From Octopus sinensis (Eukaryota): 64,000 bases of DNA. This document shows positions 24,675-37,019 of the stretch, piece by piece. Under the pieces are notes generated by a model. That model was given only the letters and a program-made list of their open reading frames with translations, was not told where the DNA came from and did not search any database. Position numbers and translations under genes: made by a program. The DNA is taken from assembly GCF_006345805.1 (NCBI RefSeq), contig NC_043025.1, forward strand, positions 14,384,001 to 14,448,000, written 5' to 3'. How positions within the stretch are numbered: position 1 is the stretch's first letter; the number at the start of each line of letters is the position of its first letter.

Positions 24675-25075
24675 CCCACAAAGTTATCAACCGCCTCACC
24701 AACAACAACACTGAACACCTTTTTGATCTCCATGTGTCCAACACACGTGGACATGCCTACAAAGTCAGAAAACAGCACAGCTCCTTCCATGACTTTCGGA
24801 AACATTTTTTCACACTCAGAGTTGCTGAAGCATGGAACAAACTGCCTGCGTCAGTTGTTGACTGCCATGACACTGCATCCTTTAAGGCCCTCATGCTTTC
24901 CGAAATCCGCCGAAACTACACCTGATTGTCCCCCTTCCATACTCATACATATACGTGTATGTCGTGACTCATGCACTGTTCTTTTCCTGACGCTTGTACA
25001 TTACCCTATGTACTATACATACACTTTAGATGAGTTGTAGTGCACCTGAGCACTGTACACAATGTTTTATTATTA
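24675..25075 (+). mobile_element. CR1/L2-clade LINE 3' fragment (same family as 17800-18220)
   Basis: SNTRGHAYKVRKQHSSFHDFRKHFFTLRVAEAWNKLPASVVDC...EIRRNYT*. Confidence 0.8.
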
Positions 25076-25197
25076 TATATATACATACATACATACATAC
25101 ACACGTAGATACATATGGTCACATACAAATATATGTATGCATGCATACATATGTATAAAAACACATACATACACACATACAAGCATATATATATATT

Positions 25198-25872
25198 CAG
25201 GGGTTGGACAAAATAATGTTTATTTTCATGTTTTTTTAGTTATTATTAGTGTTGCTTAATATGTTTTGCTAAAACTGCTATTTCTCTTCAGATATCATCA
25301 GAAAAGGTAATTAAAATTCATTAAAATGACAGATGTATCGGACTTTCAAAGAGGTCAAATTGTTGGTGCTCGTATGGCAGGCGCTAGCGTAACGAAAACA
25401 GCCGAAATGTTTGGTATATCAAGAAGTACTATCTCGAAAGTAATGACAGTCTTTGAGAAAGAGGGAAAAACCTCCTCATCAAAACAAAACTCCGGAAGAA
25501 AACCGAAACTTTCAGATAGGGACCGTCAGATTCCTACGTGAATTGTTAGAAAGGATCACAAAAGTACAACTCCCAAAATTACTGCAGAGCTTAATGACCA
25601 CCTCGAGAACCCAGTTTCTACAAAAACTGTTCACTGGGAGCTGCACAAAGCCAGATTTCACGGGAGGGCTGCAATCTGAAAATCACTACTTTCAAAAACA
25701 AACGTTGCAAAGCGTTTAGATCGGAGTAAAAACCTACAGAATTGGTCCCCAGAGCAGTGGAAGAATGTTATTTTCTCGGATGAGTCATCCTTTACTTTAT
25801 TTCCGACCACCGGCCAAGTATACGTGTGAAGACAGCCAAGTGAAGCATTTGACCCAGACTGCCTTCTTCCAA
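25198..25872 (+). mobile_element. Decayed Tc1-family transposon, left end plus N-terminal transposase
   Basis: Left TIR-like CAGGGGTTGGACAAAATAAT. Reading frame from 25326: MTDVSDFQRGQIVGARMAGASVTKTAEMFGISRST...SGRKPKLS...WKNVIFSDESSFTLF...FDPDCLLPT, with 3 in-frame stops. Confidence 0.9.
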
Positions 25873-26236
25873 CGACAATACTCCAGCCCACACCTCAGTG
25901 GTTGCCATGGCAACAATTCGTGATTGTGGATACGAACTTGTTCCCCATCTGCCTTATTCGCCAGACTTAGCCCCCTCTGACTTTCATCTATTCCCAAAAA
26001 TGAAAAAAGCCCTGGCTGGTCACCATTCTGCCACAGACTATGACGTCAAAGACGCTGTAGTACGTTTCTTGGAGTCTCAAACAAAAGAGTTTGTCTACGC
26101 CGGGATAATGGCGCTTCAGCACTACTGGAGAAAGGGTTCAGCCATAAAAGGGGACTATGTTGAAAAATAAATCATTAGAAGTCTTGTACTACATTTTGTT
26201 TTTTTGAGGCTCAAGACTTTTCAGACACTCCCTCAT
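25871..26236 (+). mobile_element. Decayed mariner-family transposon, C-terminal transposase plus right TIR
   Basis: NDNTPAHTS (HDNAPAH-like) and PHLPYSPDLAPSDFHLFPKMK...GDYVEK*, followed by ACTTTTCAGACACTCCTCA-TA, which resembles a mariner right TIR plus TA. Confidence 0.9.
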
Positions 26237-26433
26237 ATGTTCCCCACGTAGACAAGACGTCCGTCCGTCCGTCTCAGGGTTATTCCTTTTTGCCAGCTGA
26301 GTGCAATGGAGCAACATGAAATATGTACAAAGCTAAAGAAACAAGTGATGCAACAGACAAATCCGCAGATCCATGGACAGAGTCCTTAGAAATAATCTAG
26401 ATTCAACACTAATTAAAATGCTTCATTACTCAC

Positions 26434-26509
26434 CGCATAACGAGGTAATACTGCTGCTTTCTTCATGAACAAATTTCCTGGTGACTGCCTCTTCACTGAT
26501 TTGTTTTAC
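26434..26509 (-). CDS. SGSM1: SGSM1/2-like coding exon ([26 protein letters not shown]), start of RUN region
   Basis: Manual translation of the minus strand matches the conserved SGSM motif [19 protein letters not shown]. Boundaries ccctcag|GTA and G|gtgagt; 76 nt, phase 0 to 1. Not in the ORF track. Confidence 0.95.
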
Positions 26510-26615
26510 CTGAGGGAGACAAAGAACAAATGAGTTTAAGTATTAATGAAGCTAACAGAGTTATATGAAAGCAGAGGACGAGATAAAGGTCAACATATAG
26601 GTAATGGTGTGGTTT

Positions 26616-26998
26616 GGAGGCGCAATGGCCCAGTGGTTAGGGCAGCGGACTCGCGGTCATAGGATCACGGTTTCAATTCCCAGACCAGGCGTTGTGAGTG
26701 TTTATTGAGCGAAAACACCTAAAGCTCCACGAGGCTCCGGCAGGGGATGGTGGCGACCCCTGCTGTACTCTTTCACCACAACTTTCTCTCACTCTTACTT
26801 CCTGTTTCTGTTGTACCTGTATTTCAAAGGGCCGGCCTTGTCACTCTCTGTGTCACGCTGAATATCCCCGAGAACTACGTTAAGGGTACACGTGTCTGTG
26901 GAGTGCTCAGCCACTTGCACGTTAATTTCACGAGCAGACTGTTCCGTTGATTCGGATCGACCGGAACCCTCGTCGTCGTAACCGACGGAGTGCTTCCA
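26616..26998 (+). mobile_element. Family B SINE (long-tail variant)
   Basis: Same head; tail TCAAAGGGCCGGCCTTGTCAC...AACCGACGGAGTGCTTCC, also seen reversed at 3001-3385. Confidence 0.85.
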
Positions 26999-28574
26999 TC
27001 CACAAGTGTGGCTGTTGGGTAAGAAGTCTGCTTCCCAAAGACATGCTTCTGGGTTCAATCCCACTGTGTGGCATTATAGGCAAATGTCTCCTTCTATAAC
27101 CCCAGGCCAACCAAATCCTTGTGAATGGATTTGTTGGACAGAAATTTAAAGAAGCCTGGCATATGTGTGCGTGAGTTTGTAAGTGTGTATGCATATATAT
27201 ATTTTTCAAAATGTAACCACATGTGAATCATTGGCGATTTTCTTCCTCTGTCTTCCCTTCTATTGGACTTTCCTCTGTTTCCGAAGAAGAGCGTCTGCTC
27301 GAAACATTAAACCATCTTTCTTTCCTTCCCTGAGCATCTGCTTATACTTTACATGTACCAGGTCCTCACGTTGTTATTTTGTGTTTGTTCTTCTTTTTTG
27401 AATTTACTATATATATATATATATATATATATATTAGGGAGAATTCATGAAAAAAACAAAAGATGAAGACAGGTGGTGTAGAAAACAAACAGATGTATTA
27501 GTATAACGCTCAGGAATAGAAAAAGTCTTTTACGTTTCGAGCCTATGCTCTTCAACAGAAAGAGACACAGAAAGAAACAAGGAGAGAAAAAAAATGTGTG
27601 TAGTGGCTAACGATCTATCATGGTGACTGATATATATATATATATATATATTTCTGTGGCGTTTGTGTTTCCTCCAGCTGGACGGGATGCCAATCCATCG
27701 CAGCGTTACTCAAGAAAGAGGAAGAGGGAGTGAGAGAGAGTTGTGGCGAAAGAGTACAACAGGGGTCGCCACCACACCCTGCTGGAGCCTCATGGAGCTT
27801 TTAGGTGTTTTCACTCAATAAACACACACAATGCCAGGTCTGGGAATCGAAACCGCGATCCTCCGACAGCGAGTCCGCTGCCCTAACCACTGGGCCATTG
27901 CGCCTCCACACACACACACACACACACACCATATATATATATATATATATACAAAATAAGAAAATGGAGAAATACATCTAAATCAAATATCAATTACCAG
28001 ATAATACTCAATCACTTATCTGGTAATTGATATTTGATTTAGATGTATTTCTCCATTTTCTTATTTTGTATTATTAATTTATGGTAAAAATCATTTTACC
28101 TTTGCCCATATAATACAGTAAATGAATTGATTGCATCGCAATCCTTAACATTTATGTATTAACTTTGTTGGGTACTTCACTGGCAGTATATTGGATATAT
28201 GTTATCCCATGGAAGGTTGCATTTACAACCGCTATCTCAATTTGTAACTATATGTATATATATATATATATATATATAGGCTTTTTATAATCATGGACAG
28301 TGTTATCAAAATTAATAAGTCCTAACTTCTTTATTTGAAATGAATTATCAAGTGGTTATTGTTATCAAAAACATTTTGAGTCCCAAACCAATAACATTCA
28401 ACAAGTCCCGCAGTGTATATACGTTTCTATGTTTGTATGAATGAAAATGCACGCATCATGTATGTATATGTGTGCGTATGTATGTGTGAATGTGTGTAGA
28501 TATACATATGTATGTGTGTGTGGGTGGGGAGGTGGTGCATGGATATATATATATATATACATATATATATATTA

Positions 28575-28984
28575 CTCTTTTACTCTTTTACTTGTTTCAG
28601 TCATTTGACTGTGGCCATGCTGGAGCACCACCTTTAGTCGAGCAACTAGACCCAAGGACTTATTCTTTGTAAGCCCAGTACTTATTCTATCGGTCTCTTT
28701 TGCTGAACCGCTAAGTTATGGGAACATAAACACACCAGCATCGGTTGTCAAGCGATGTTGGGAGGGGGACAAACACAGACACACAAACACACACACACAT
28801 ATATATATATACATATATACGACGGGCTTCTTTCAGTTTCCATCTACCAAATCCACTCACAAGGCTTTGGTCGGCCTGAGGCTATAGTAGAAGACACTTG
28901 CCCAAGGTGCCACGCAGTGGGACTGAACCCGGAACCATGCGGTTGGTAAACAAGCTACTTACCACACAGCCACTCCTGCGCCTA
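28575..28984 (-). mobile_element. Family A SINE
   Basis: Full-length reverse copy. Confidence 0.85.
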
Positions 28985-29223
28985 TATATATATATATATA
29001 CATATATGTAGTGTAAATGTTGGACCGAAATTGTGTGTCAAGTTCCTCAAAGGAATTTATCCGTTGATGCGTGAAATCAAGTGGTGCTTTGCAGAGCCAC
29101 ATAATTAATCAGAAATTTATTAATGAAAATAAATAAATATATGAACAAACTAAGAAATCTGAGACTTTCATTGAAGACAACATTACACACACACACAGAG
29201 AGGAGGAAACAAGATACATGGAA

Positions 29224-29254
<31 letters not shown>

Positions 29255-29399
29255 CACAGACGCACAAATTAGAGCTGAAAGTAATATCCATAACCATTTG
29301 CCAAATCAGGCGTAGCAAAGCTTTAGCTGGTCATAAATACACAAACACACCACTACACACACACACACAAAGATCTGTACAATAAAACTGTACTGGTCG

Positions 29400-29850
29400 T
29401 CATGACGATCATGATGATGGGGAGTAAGATGACGATGATGGTGGTGGTGGTGGTGATGATGATACTTTGATGATGGTGATGTTGATGAAGTTGGTGGTGA
29501 TAGTGATGGTGGTGGTGGGGAAAATGATGATGATGATTATGACAGCGATGATAATGGTAATGATGATGATGGTGACAACGACGACAACAATGATGATGAA
29601 TGATGTCGGTGGCAGTGATGATGATGATGTTGACGATGATGATGACTGATGATGATGATGACAATGATGGTGATGAGAGTGATGACGATGATGATGATGA
29701 TGATGACAATGATGGTGATGACAGTGATGATGATGATGATGATGATGACAATGATGGTGATGACAGTGATGATGATGATGGTGGTGGCAATGATCCTGGT
29801 GATGATGATGACAACGATGGCAATGATGATGGTGGGGACGAGGACAACTC
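29400..29850. repeat. (GAT/GGT)n trinucleotide-rich tract
   Basis: Low-complexity; similar tracts at 48400-48680 and 62430-63010. Confidence 0.9.
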
Positions 29851-29983
29851 CTCCTCCTCTAAAGCAGTAAATGTTTTCCAAAGGACAGAACAAACCTCAG
29901 ATTACATTTTAATTGATTGCAACAACTGTGATCGAACCCAACGGATGCAGAGGCAGAACTGCCCATGCTCCAAACGCAAATTC

Positions 29984-30014
<31 letters not shown>

Positions 30015-30255
30015 TGCTTTCTAATTGATGTATCAATACCAGCAGATGAATTCTGGAAATTCTCCCCCAATGAAATAGCCAACTAACCAGTTTCAATATG
30101 AAAATTTTAAACTAATTTCATTTAATATAATTTCTCTAATTGGATATGGAAACGGCTGTAGGGATACGAAGTTCATATTATATTGATCTGAATACTTTTG
30201 AATAAACTGATATCAATACATCAATTTCTCCATTTTCTTCTTTTTCTCATTCATG

Positions 30256-30297
<42 letters not shown>

Positions 30298-30650
30298 ACA
30301 CATATACGGACACGCATGCCTATATGTATACCGTTGGCAATTTTTTTCCCTCTGTCTTCCCTTCTCTGGATCTTTCCTTCTCCTATGTTTCTGACGAAGA
30401 GCTCCGCTCGAAACGTTAAACCCTCCTTCTTTCCTGAGCGTCAATAATACTATACTTGTTCCACGTCCTCGTGTTGTGTGTTTTTTTGTGCTTTCTTGTT
30501 TGGATTAACTAATATATATATATATATATACATTCAACACACACACACACACATATATATATATACATGTGTGTATATATATAATATACATTCAACATAT
30601 ATATATATATACATACATGTGTGTATATATATATATATATATGTTGAATG

Positions 30651-30706
<56 letters not shown>

Positions 30707-32176
30707 TACACACATATATATGCAAATATAGTAAAGTTCAGTGCAAACAACGCAAGAGGCGTTGATTGTTACAACAAACTCGTGGCAGCGGTATGGGGGT
30801 GGGGAAGGAGTAGCGAGAGGAAGAGAGCGGGGTGGGGGGAAGGCATTACTGGAATCCAATAGCAAACAGAAGAGTGGCAGGGGTGGGAGAGGAAGGAGCA
30901 GGGATCGTTGCGATAAAAAAAAAATAAAAGAGCTTGGCTCGATCCAGGGTGGAAAATGTTAAACGGTCTTTCTGGGAGAATTGCTGTTAATTGTTATCAT
31001 GAAATAATTATCCGTGCAACGAGAGACGAAGGGGAAGTTATAGATTAATGGTGGGGAGGAGGGGGGCAGTGGTGGTGCTGTGAGGGAAGGGGTCGGTGTC
31101 GGTTATCTGTGTGTGGGTGGTTGTGGTGTGTGTGTGTGTGTGTGTGTGTGTATAGCTCGTAGTGTAAACAGATACGGGAGGAAGTTATAGATTAATTGCA
31201 ATGATGGGCATAAGCTGTTATTGACATCACGTGCGTGCGTGTGTGCGCCTGAACCTACACACACATATATATAAAAATACATACTCATACACACACACAC
31301 ACTACATATATATACACATATATATACACACACACACAATCTCTCTCTCTCAATATATATATATATATAAATAAATATTACACACACACAAGATATATAG
31401 ATATACACACACACGATATATATAGATACACTATATATATATATATATATACACTGCATAAATATATGTGTATATATATAAATATATAAATATTACACAC
31501 AAACACACACACAATATAATATATATATATATATATACATATATATACACACTATATAAATATATGTGTTTATATATATATATATACACATACTATCTAT
31601 AAGTGTGTGTATATATATATATACATGGACTATATATATATGTGTGCATATATATATTTATACACATATTTATACATGGACTATATATATATATATGTGT
31701 GTATACACACGCACACTCATGTACTACACACACACAATCCTCCACAGAGCGCAGACAGAGTTGGTAAAGTAAACAGAAGACCACAGCTGGTGCAATCAAT
31801 ACCTGACAAACCAAAGCTGACCAAAAGAGGAACGGACAGATTTTTATCTCTGCTGTTGGTGCCTCACCATGTGACCCGGCTTAACACAATCTACTCTCAA
31901 CAGGTTAATTCACAAAGTTGTTAATAAGTACCTGAGGGAGGTACAGTCTACAGCAGTGATCCTTAACCATTTTTTATTTCTGCACCCCTGTGATACTTTA
32001 CTCCTGTAGATCCTGCATAGTCATTCGATGTTTAAAAAAGTCCATATATATCTTTTATTATTGAACTAGCTGGCCCAATGCCGGCAAAAATGCCGGCTAA
32101 TTGTAGGATTTTATTTATAAAGTACAAAATAACCACAGAGACAAACATTCACATAATTCTCTTGTACATTCACACA

Positions 32177-32552
32177 CAGGAGTGGCTGTGTGGTAAGTAG
32201 CTTGCTAACCAACCACATGGTTCTGGGTTCAGACCCACTGCGTGGCATCTTGGGCAAGTGTCTTCTGCTATAGCCCCGGGCCGACCAATGCCTTGTGAGT
32301 GGATTTGGTAGACGGAAACTGAAAGAAGCCTGTCGTATATATATATGTGTGTGTGTGTGTTTGTCCCCCTAGCATTGCTTGACAACCGATGCTGGTGTGT
32401 TTACGTGCACGTCATTTAGCGGTTCGACAAAAGAGACTGATAGAATAAGTACTGGGCTTATAAAGAATAAGTCCCGGGGTCGATTTGCTCGACTAAAGGC
32501 AGTGCTCCAGCATGGCCGCAGTCAAATGACTGAAACAAGTAAAAGAGTAAAG
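32177..32552 (+). mobile_element. Family A SINE
   Basis: Full-length copy. Confidence 0.85.
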
Positions 32553-32833
32553 AATATATCAACAAAACATTCGAGTGAGGTTGTTGCCAGTGCCGCTGGA
32601 GTCACTCCTGTGCAGGTGGCACATAAAAAACACCATTTCGAGTGTAGCTGTTGCCAGTACTGCCACCAGACTGGCCCTCGTGCCGGTGGCACGTAAAAGC
32701 ACCCACTACACTCTTGGAGTGGTTGGTGTTAGGAAGAGCATCCAGCTGTAGAAACTCTGCCAGATCAAGATTGGAGCCTGGCACAGCCATCTGGTTCAAC
32801 AGTCCTCAGTCAAAACGTCCAACCCATGCTAGC

Positions 32834-33270
32834 AAATCGACCCCAAGATTTATTCTTTGTAAGCCCAGTGCTTATTCTATCAGTCTCTCTTGCCAAACCG
32901 CAAAGTTACGGGGAGGTAAACACACCACCATCGGTTGTCAAGCAATGCTAGGGGAACAAACACAGACACACAAATATACACACACACATGTATATATACA
33001 TATATACGACGGGCTTCTTTCAGTTTCCGTCTACCAAATCCACTCACAAGGCTTTGGTCGACCCGAGGCTATAGTAGAAGACACTTGCCCAAGGTGCCAC
33101 ACAGTGGGACTGGACCCCCAGAAACATGTGGTTGGTAAGCATTTAACTTCTACCAAATCCACTCACAAGGCTTATGTTGACCTGAGGCTATAGTAGAAGA
33201 CACTTGCTCAAGATGCCACACAGGGGGACTGAACCCGGAACCATGTGGTTGGGAAGGAAACCTCTTACCG
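32834..33270 (-). mobile_element. Family A SINE with internal duplication of the head region
   Basis: Reverse copy; the CTACCAAATCCACTCACAAGG...GTGGTTGG block is present twice. Confidence 0.8.
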
Positions 33271-33989
33271 CACGGTCACTCTTGCACCTTATATACACTC
33301 TTTCTACAAGTCTGTGACTTTGTGGATTTACATACACTCTTGCTACAAGTTTGCATTCGTGTAAAATTATATACACTCTCATCTGTGAGATTGTGACCTT
33401 GGAAACATATATATATACACAGTTGTCTACAAGTTTGCGACCGTGTATATAGCATGAAAGAGATCAATTTTCACTCATGCTATTGATTGGGTCTCTGATC
33501 ACCAACCTATATAGATTTACAAATTATTGATCTCTGCATGAATCAATAAGTGTCATAAATTAATTTAAGTATTTAACTTAGTGAGTGGGTGGGAGTGGAG
33601 TTAAAAAGAACAAAAAAATGTTCCTTCTCGAGCCATGCCAGGCTCATGGGCCCGGTTTCCCCGTTTTATTGGCGTATAAATTCCCCACCTGGACGGGACG
33701 CCAGTCCATTGCAGTGTTACTCATTTTTGCCAGCTGAGTGGACTGGACCAACGTGAAATGAAGTGTTTTGCTCAAGAACTCAACGCATCACCCGGTCCAG
33801 GAATTGAAACCACAACCTTATGATCATGAGTTCAACACCCTAACCACTAAGCCACGCGCCTCCACAGTAGTGGAGTTACATAAATGGGACCCATAACTTC
33901 TTCGTTAAACTCTGTCGGCATCATGCAAGCACAGAAAACAGGACATTAAAACGATGGTAACGATGGCAATAGCCAGCGACCCCAGGATT

Positions 33990-34609
33990 ACTGACCATTT
34001 AACCAGGAACTGGAAGATGTAATATCCGAACCTCACTCGTCCAGACATCATTGCACCCTTTCAGAATCACAGACCAGCGACCGAGAACTTTGGAAATATG
34101 CTGTGCGTGAAAAGACCAGGCAGGACAAGTGTGTCCAGCCCACTTATGCATGCCTTTCCTCCCTTGGACACACAAAGACCTGTTGAGGCAAGCGAAGTCG
34201 ATATAGAACCTCATCCGATGGAGATACGTAAAAAGCACTATCCGAATCGTGGCCGATGCCAGCGCCGCCTCGACTGGCTTCTGTGTCGGTAGCACGTAAA
34301 AAGCACCATCCGAATCGTGGCCGAAGCCAGTGCCGGCTCGACTGGCTTCCATGCAGGTGGCACGTAAAATGCACCAATCCGACCGTGGCCGATGCCAGCC
34401 TCGCCTGGCACCAGTGCAGGTGGCACGTAAAAAGCACCCACTACACTCACAGAGTGGTTGGCGTTAGGAAGTGCATCCAGCTGTAGAAACATTGCCAGAT
34501 CAGACCGGAGCCTGGTGCAGCCTTCTGGCTTCCCAGATCCCCGGTCGAACTGTCCAACCGGTGCTAGCATGGAGAACGGACGTTAAACGATGATGATGAT
34601 GATGATGAT
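33990..34609 (+). mobile_element. RTE-clade LINE 3' end (ORF2 C-terminus, 3' UTR with ~62-bp internal repeats, (GAT)n tail)
   Basis: Encodes ...TDQRPRTLEICCA / SDRELWKYAVREKTRQDK-like C-terminus in shifted frames. It continues into the abundant 'family D' sequence and ends in (GAT)n. Confidence 0.7.
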
Positions 34610-35339
34610 TAAGACAACTTCCTAACATTCTTAACAACAAAATAAACTCAATAATCAGACAAATTCGTTAGAAAAGCCGTCAAGAACATTCTGAAGATAA
34701 GCTTAATCTAAGTATAAATTCTCTCCTGTCTTGCAGGCAAAAATTCTATTCGATTATACTCTACGCACAGCTTCATTGACAACAGTTGTTTATATACAAC
34801 ATGCATACATTCTGTTTATGTGTATTTATAAATTATATTGATTAACGTCGTTAAAGATACAAATTAGCCATTATTTAACAATCAAAACTAATTTTCATAA
34901 AAACACAAATTTAGAACATCTATTTAGAATATGATGGAAAAGAAAAAGATGAGGATGATGTTATCATGATTGTAAACAAATTTAAAAAATCAAATTTTAA
35001 AATATAAATAGCTTGAAGTGGACATAATGAAAACACTGTTTTTGTTTTGCTTGTCTTGTTGTTTTGTTTTGTTTTTTGTTTGCTGGGATCTTTTTTTAAT
35101 GATTCATTCATTTGTTGATTGCAATTTAAGTTGAACTATTGAGTCAAGTGTGAATTCACGAGGATAGTGAGTGTGTGTATAAATACATATATATATATAG
35201 ACGCAGGAGTGGCTGTGTGGCAAGTAGCTTGCCTACCAATCACATGGCTCCCGGGTTCATTCCCACTGCGTGGCACCTTGGGCAAGTCACTTGACTAAAG
35301 GCGGTACTCCAGCATAGCCGCAGTCAAATGACTGAAACA

Positions 35340-36003
35340 GGTGGACGAGGACAGCCGTGTAAAGAAGTGCCGATCTCTAATTGTGCAGGGAACCTTTGGT
35401 ACACACAGATCCAGGAAGACATGGGACGAGATGGTGAAGCATGATCCTCAAACATTGGGCCTCGGAGAGGCAATGACTGAGATATTTAGCAATGTGGTGT
35501 GTTTGAGAAGACCCGTCAAGCCCCGTGGAATTGTAGCCATGGCTGATGCTGGCGTCACGTAACTGGCACCCATGTAGGTGGCACATAAAAAGCACTCTTT
35601 GAACATTGAGCCTCATGGAGGCAATGTGGGCATTGCTGGTGTTGCATAACAAGCACCTGTGTTGGCGGCTCGTAAAAAGCCCCTTTTGAGCATTGGGACT
35701 TATAGAAGCAATGACAACTGATCAAGACCTTTGGCAATATGTTGTACTTGAGAAGAAGACCCTTCAAGCCAAAAGAAATTGTAGTCGTGGCAGATAGTGG
35801 TGTCGCTCAAATGGCACCTGTGCTGGTGGTACACAAAAGCACCCATTACACTCTTGGAGTGGTTGGTGTTAGGAAGGGGATCCAGCTGTAGAAACCATGC
35901 CAAATCAGATTGGAGCCTGGTGCAGCCCCTCAGCTTATCATCCCTGGTCAAATCGGCCAACCCATGCCAGCATGGACAAAAGGCATTAAATGATGATGGT
36001 GAT
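35340..36003 (+). mobile_element. RTE-clade LINE 3' end
   Basis: MDEDSRVKKCRSLIVQGTFG...RKTWDEMVKHD...LGLGEAMT, followed by a diverged family D 3' UTR and (GAT)n. Confidence 0.75.
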
Positions 36004-36326
36004 GTAAAGTACTGAGGACTACATCATCTAATGTGTCCAATTTTGTGGATGTTTAGGGTTGAGCTTCAAATTCCACCAGAACACCTGATGAACGCTGGAG
36101 AATACACCAGCCGAAATGTGGTGGTAACAACAAACAAGGTGAGGAGATCTATTCGTCCATTACACTTTTACTCTTTTACTTGTTTCAGTCATTTGACTGC
36201 GGCAATGCTGGAGCACCGCCTTTAGTCGAGCAACCATCTGGTTCGCCAGCCCTCAGTCAAATCGTCCAACCCATGCTAGCATGAAAAGTGGACGCTAAAC
36301 AATGATGATGATATATATATATATAG

Positions 36327-36680
36327 GCGCATGAGTGGCTGTGTGGTAAGTAGCTTGCTAAACAACCACATGGTTCCGGGTTCAGTCCCACTGCGTGGTA
36401 TCTTGGGCCTTGTGAGTGGATTTGGTAGATGGAAACTGAAAGAAGCCCGTCGTATATATGTATATATATATATGTATGTGTGTGTGTTTGTGTGTCTGTG
36501 TTTGTCCCCCTAGCATTGCTTGACAACAGATGCTGGTGTGTTTACGTCCCTGTCACTTAGCGGTTCGGCAAAAGAGACCGATAGAATAAGTACTGGGCTT
36601 ACAAAGAATAAGTCCCGGGGTCGATTTGGCTCCAGCATGGCCGCAGTCAAATGACTGAAACAAGTAAAAGAGTAAAAGAG
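36327..36680 (+). mobile_element. Family A SINE (internal deletions)
   Basis: Recognisable head, microsatellite and tail. Confidence 0.8.
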
Positions 36681-37019
36681 TATATGTGTGTGTGTATGTA
36701 TGTATTGTTGATAAAAGAAGTTGATAAATTGACAGACAGATTGTCGGCTTTCAGTTTGAAAGCGTTCCATAAGCATTCTCTCTCTAAAAATATATGAAAT
36801 GGATTGTTGGAAGAGTCTATAAAAGGCCAGAAAGGAGAATAAAATGACATTTCTACAAGTCATAAAAAAACCTCTTTGATACCAGATAATAAAACATAGA
36901 TTAGGAAGGAAAAATGACACAGAATGGAAAATGGTTGGCACAGATAAGACACAGCTAATCATAACTTACATACATGCACATACGTACTTCTATATGTGTA
37001 CTCATATATATATATATCT

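Noticed and set aside
29353-30028. Poly-Asp/Ser/His ORFs (also 48393-49007 and 62606-63103)
   Set aside because: These are (GAT/GGT)n trinucleotide tracts with no splice or domain support.
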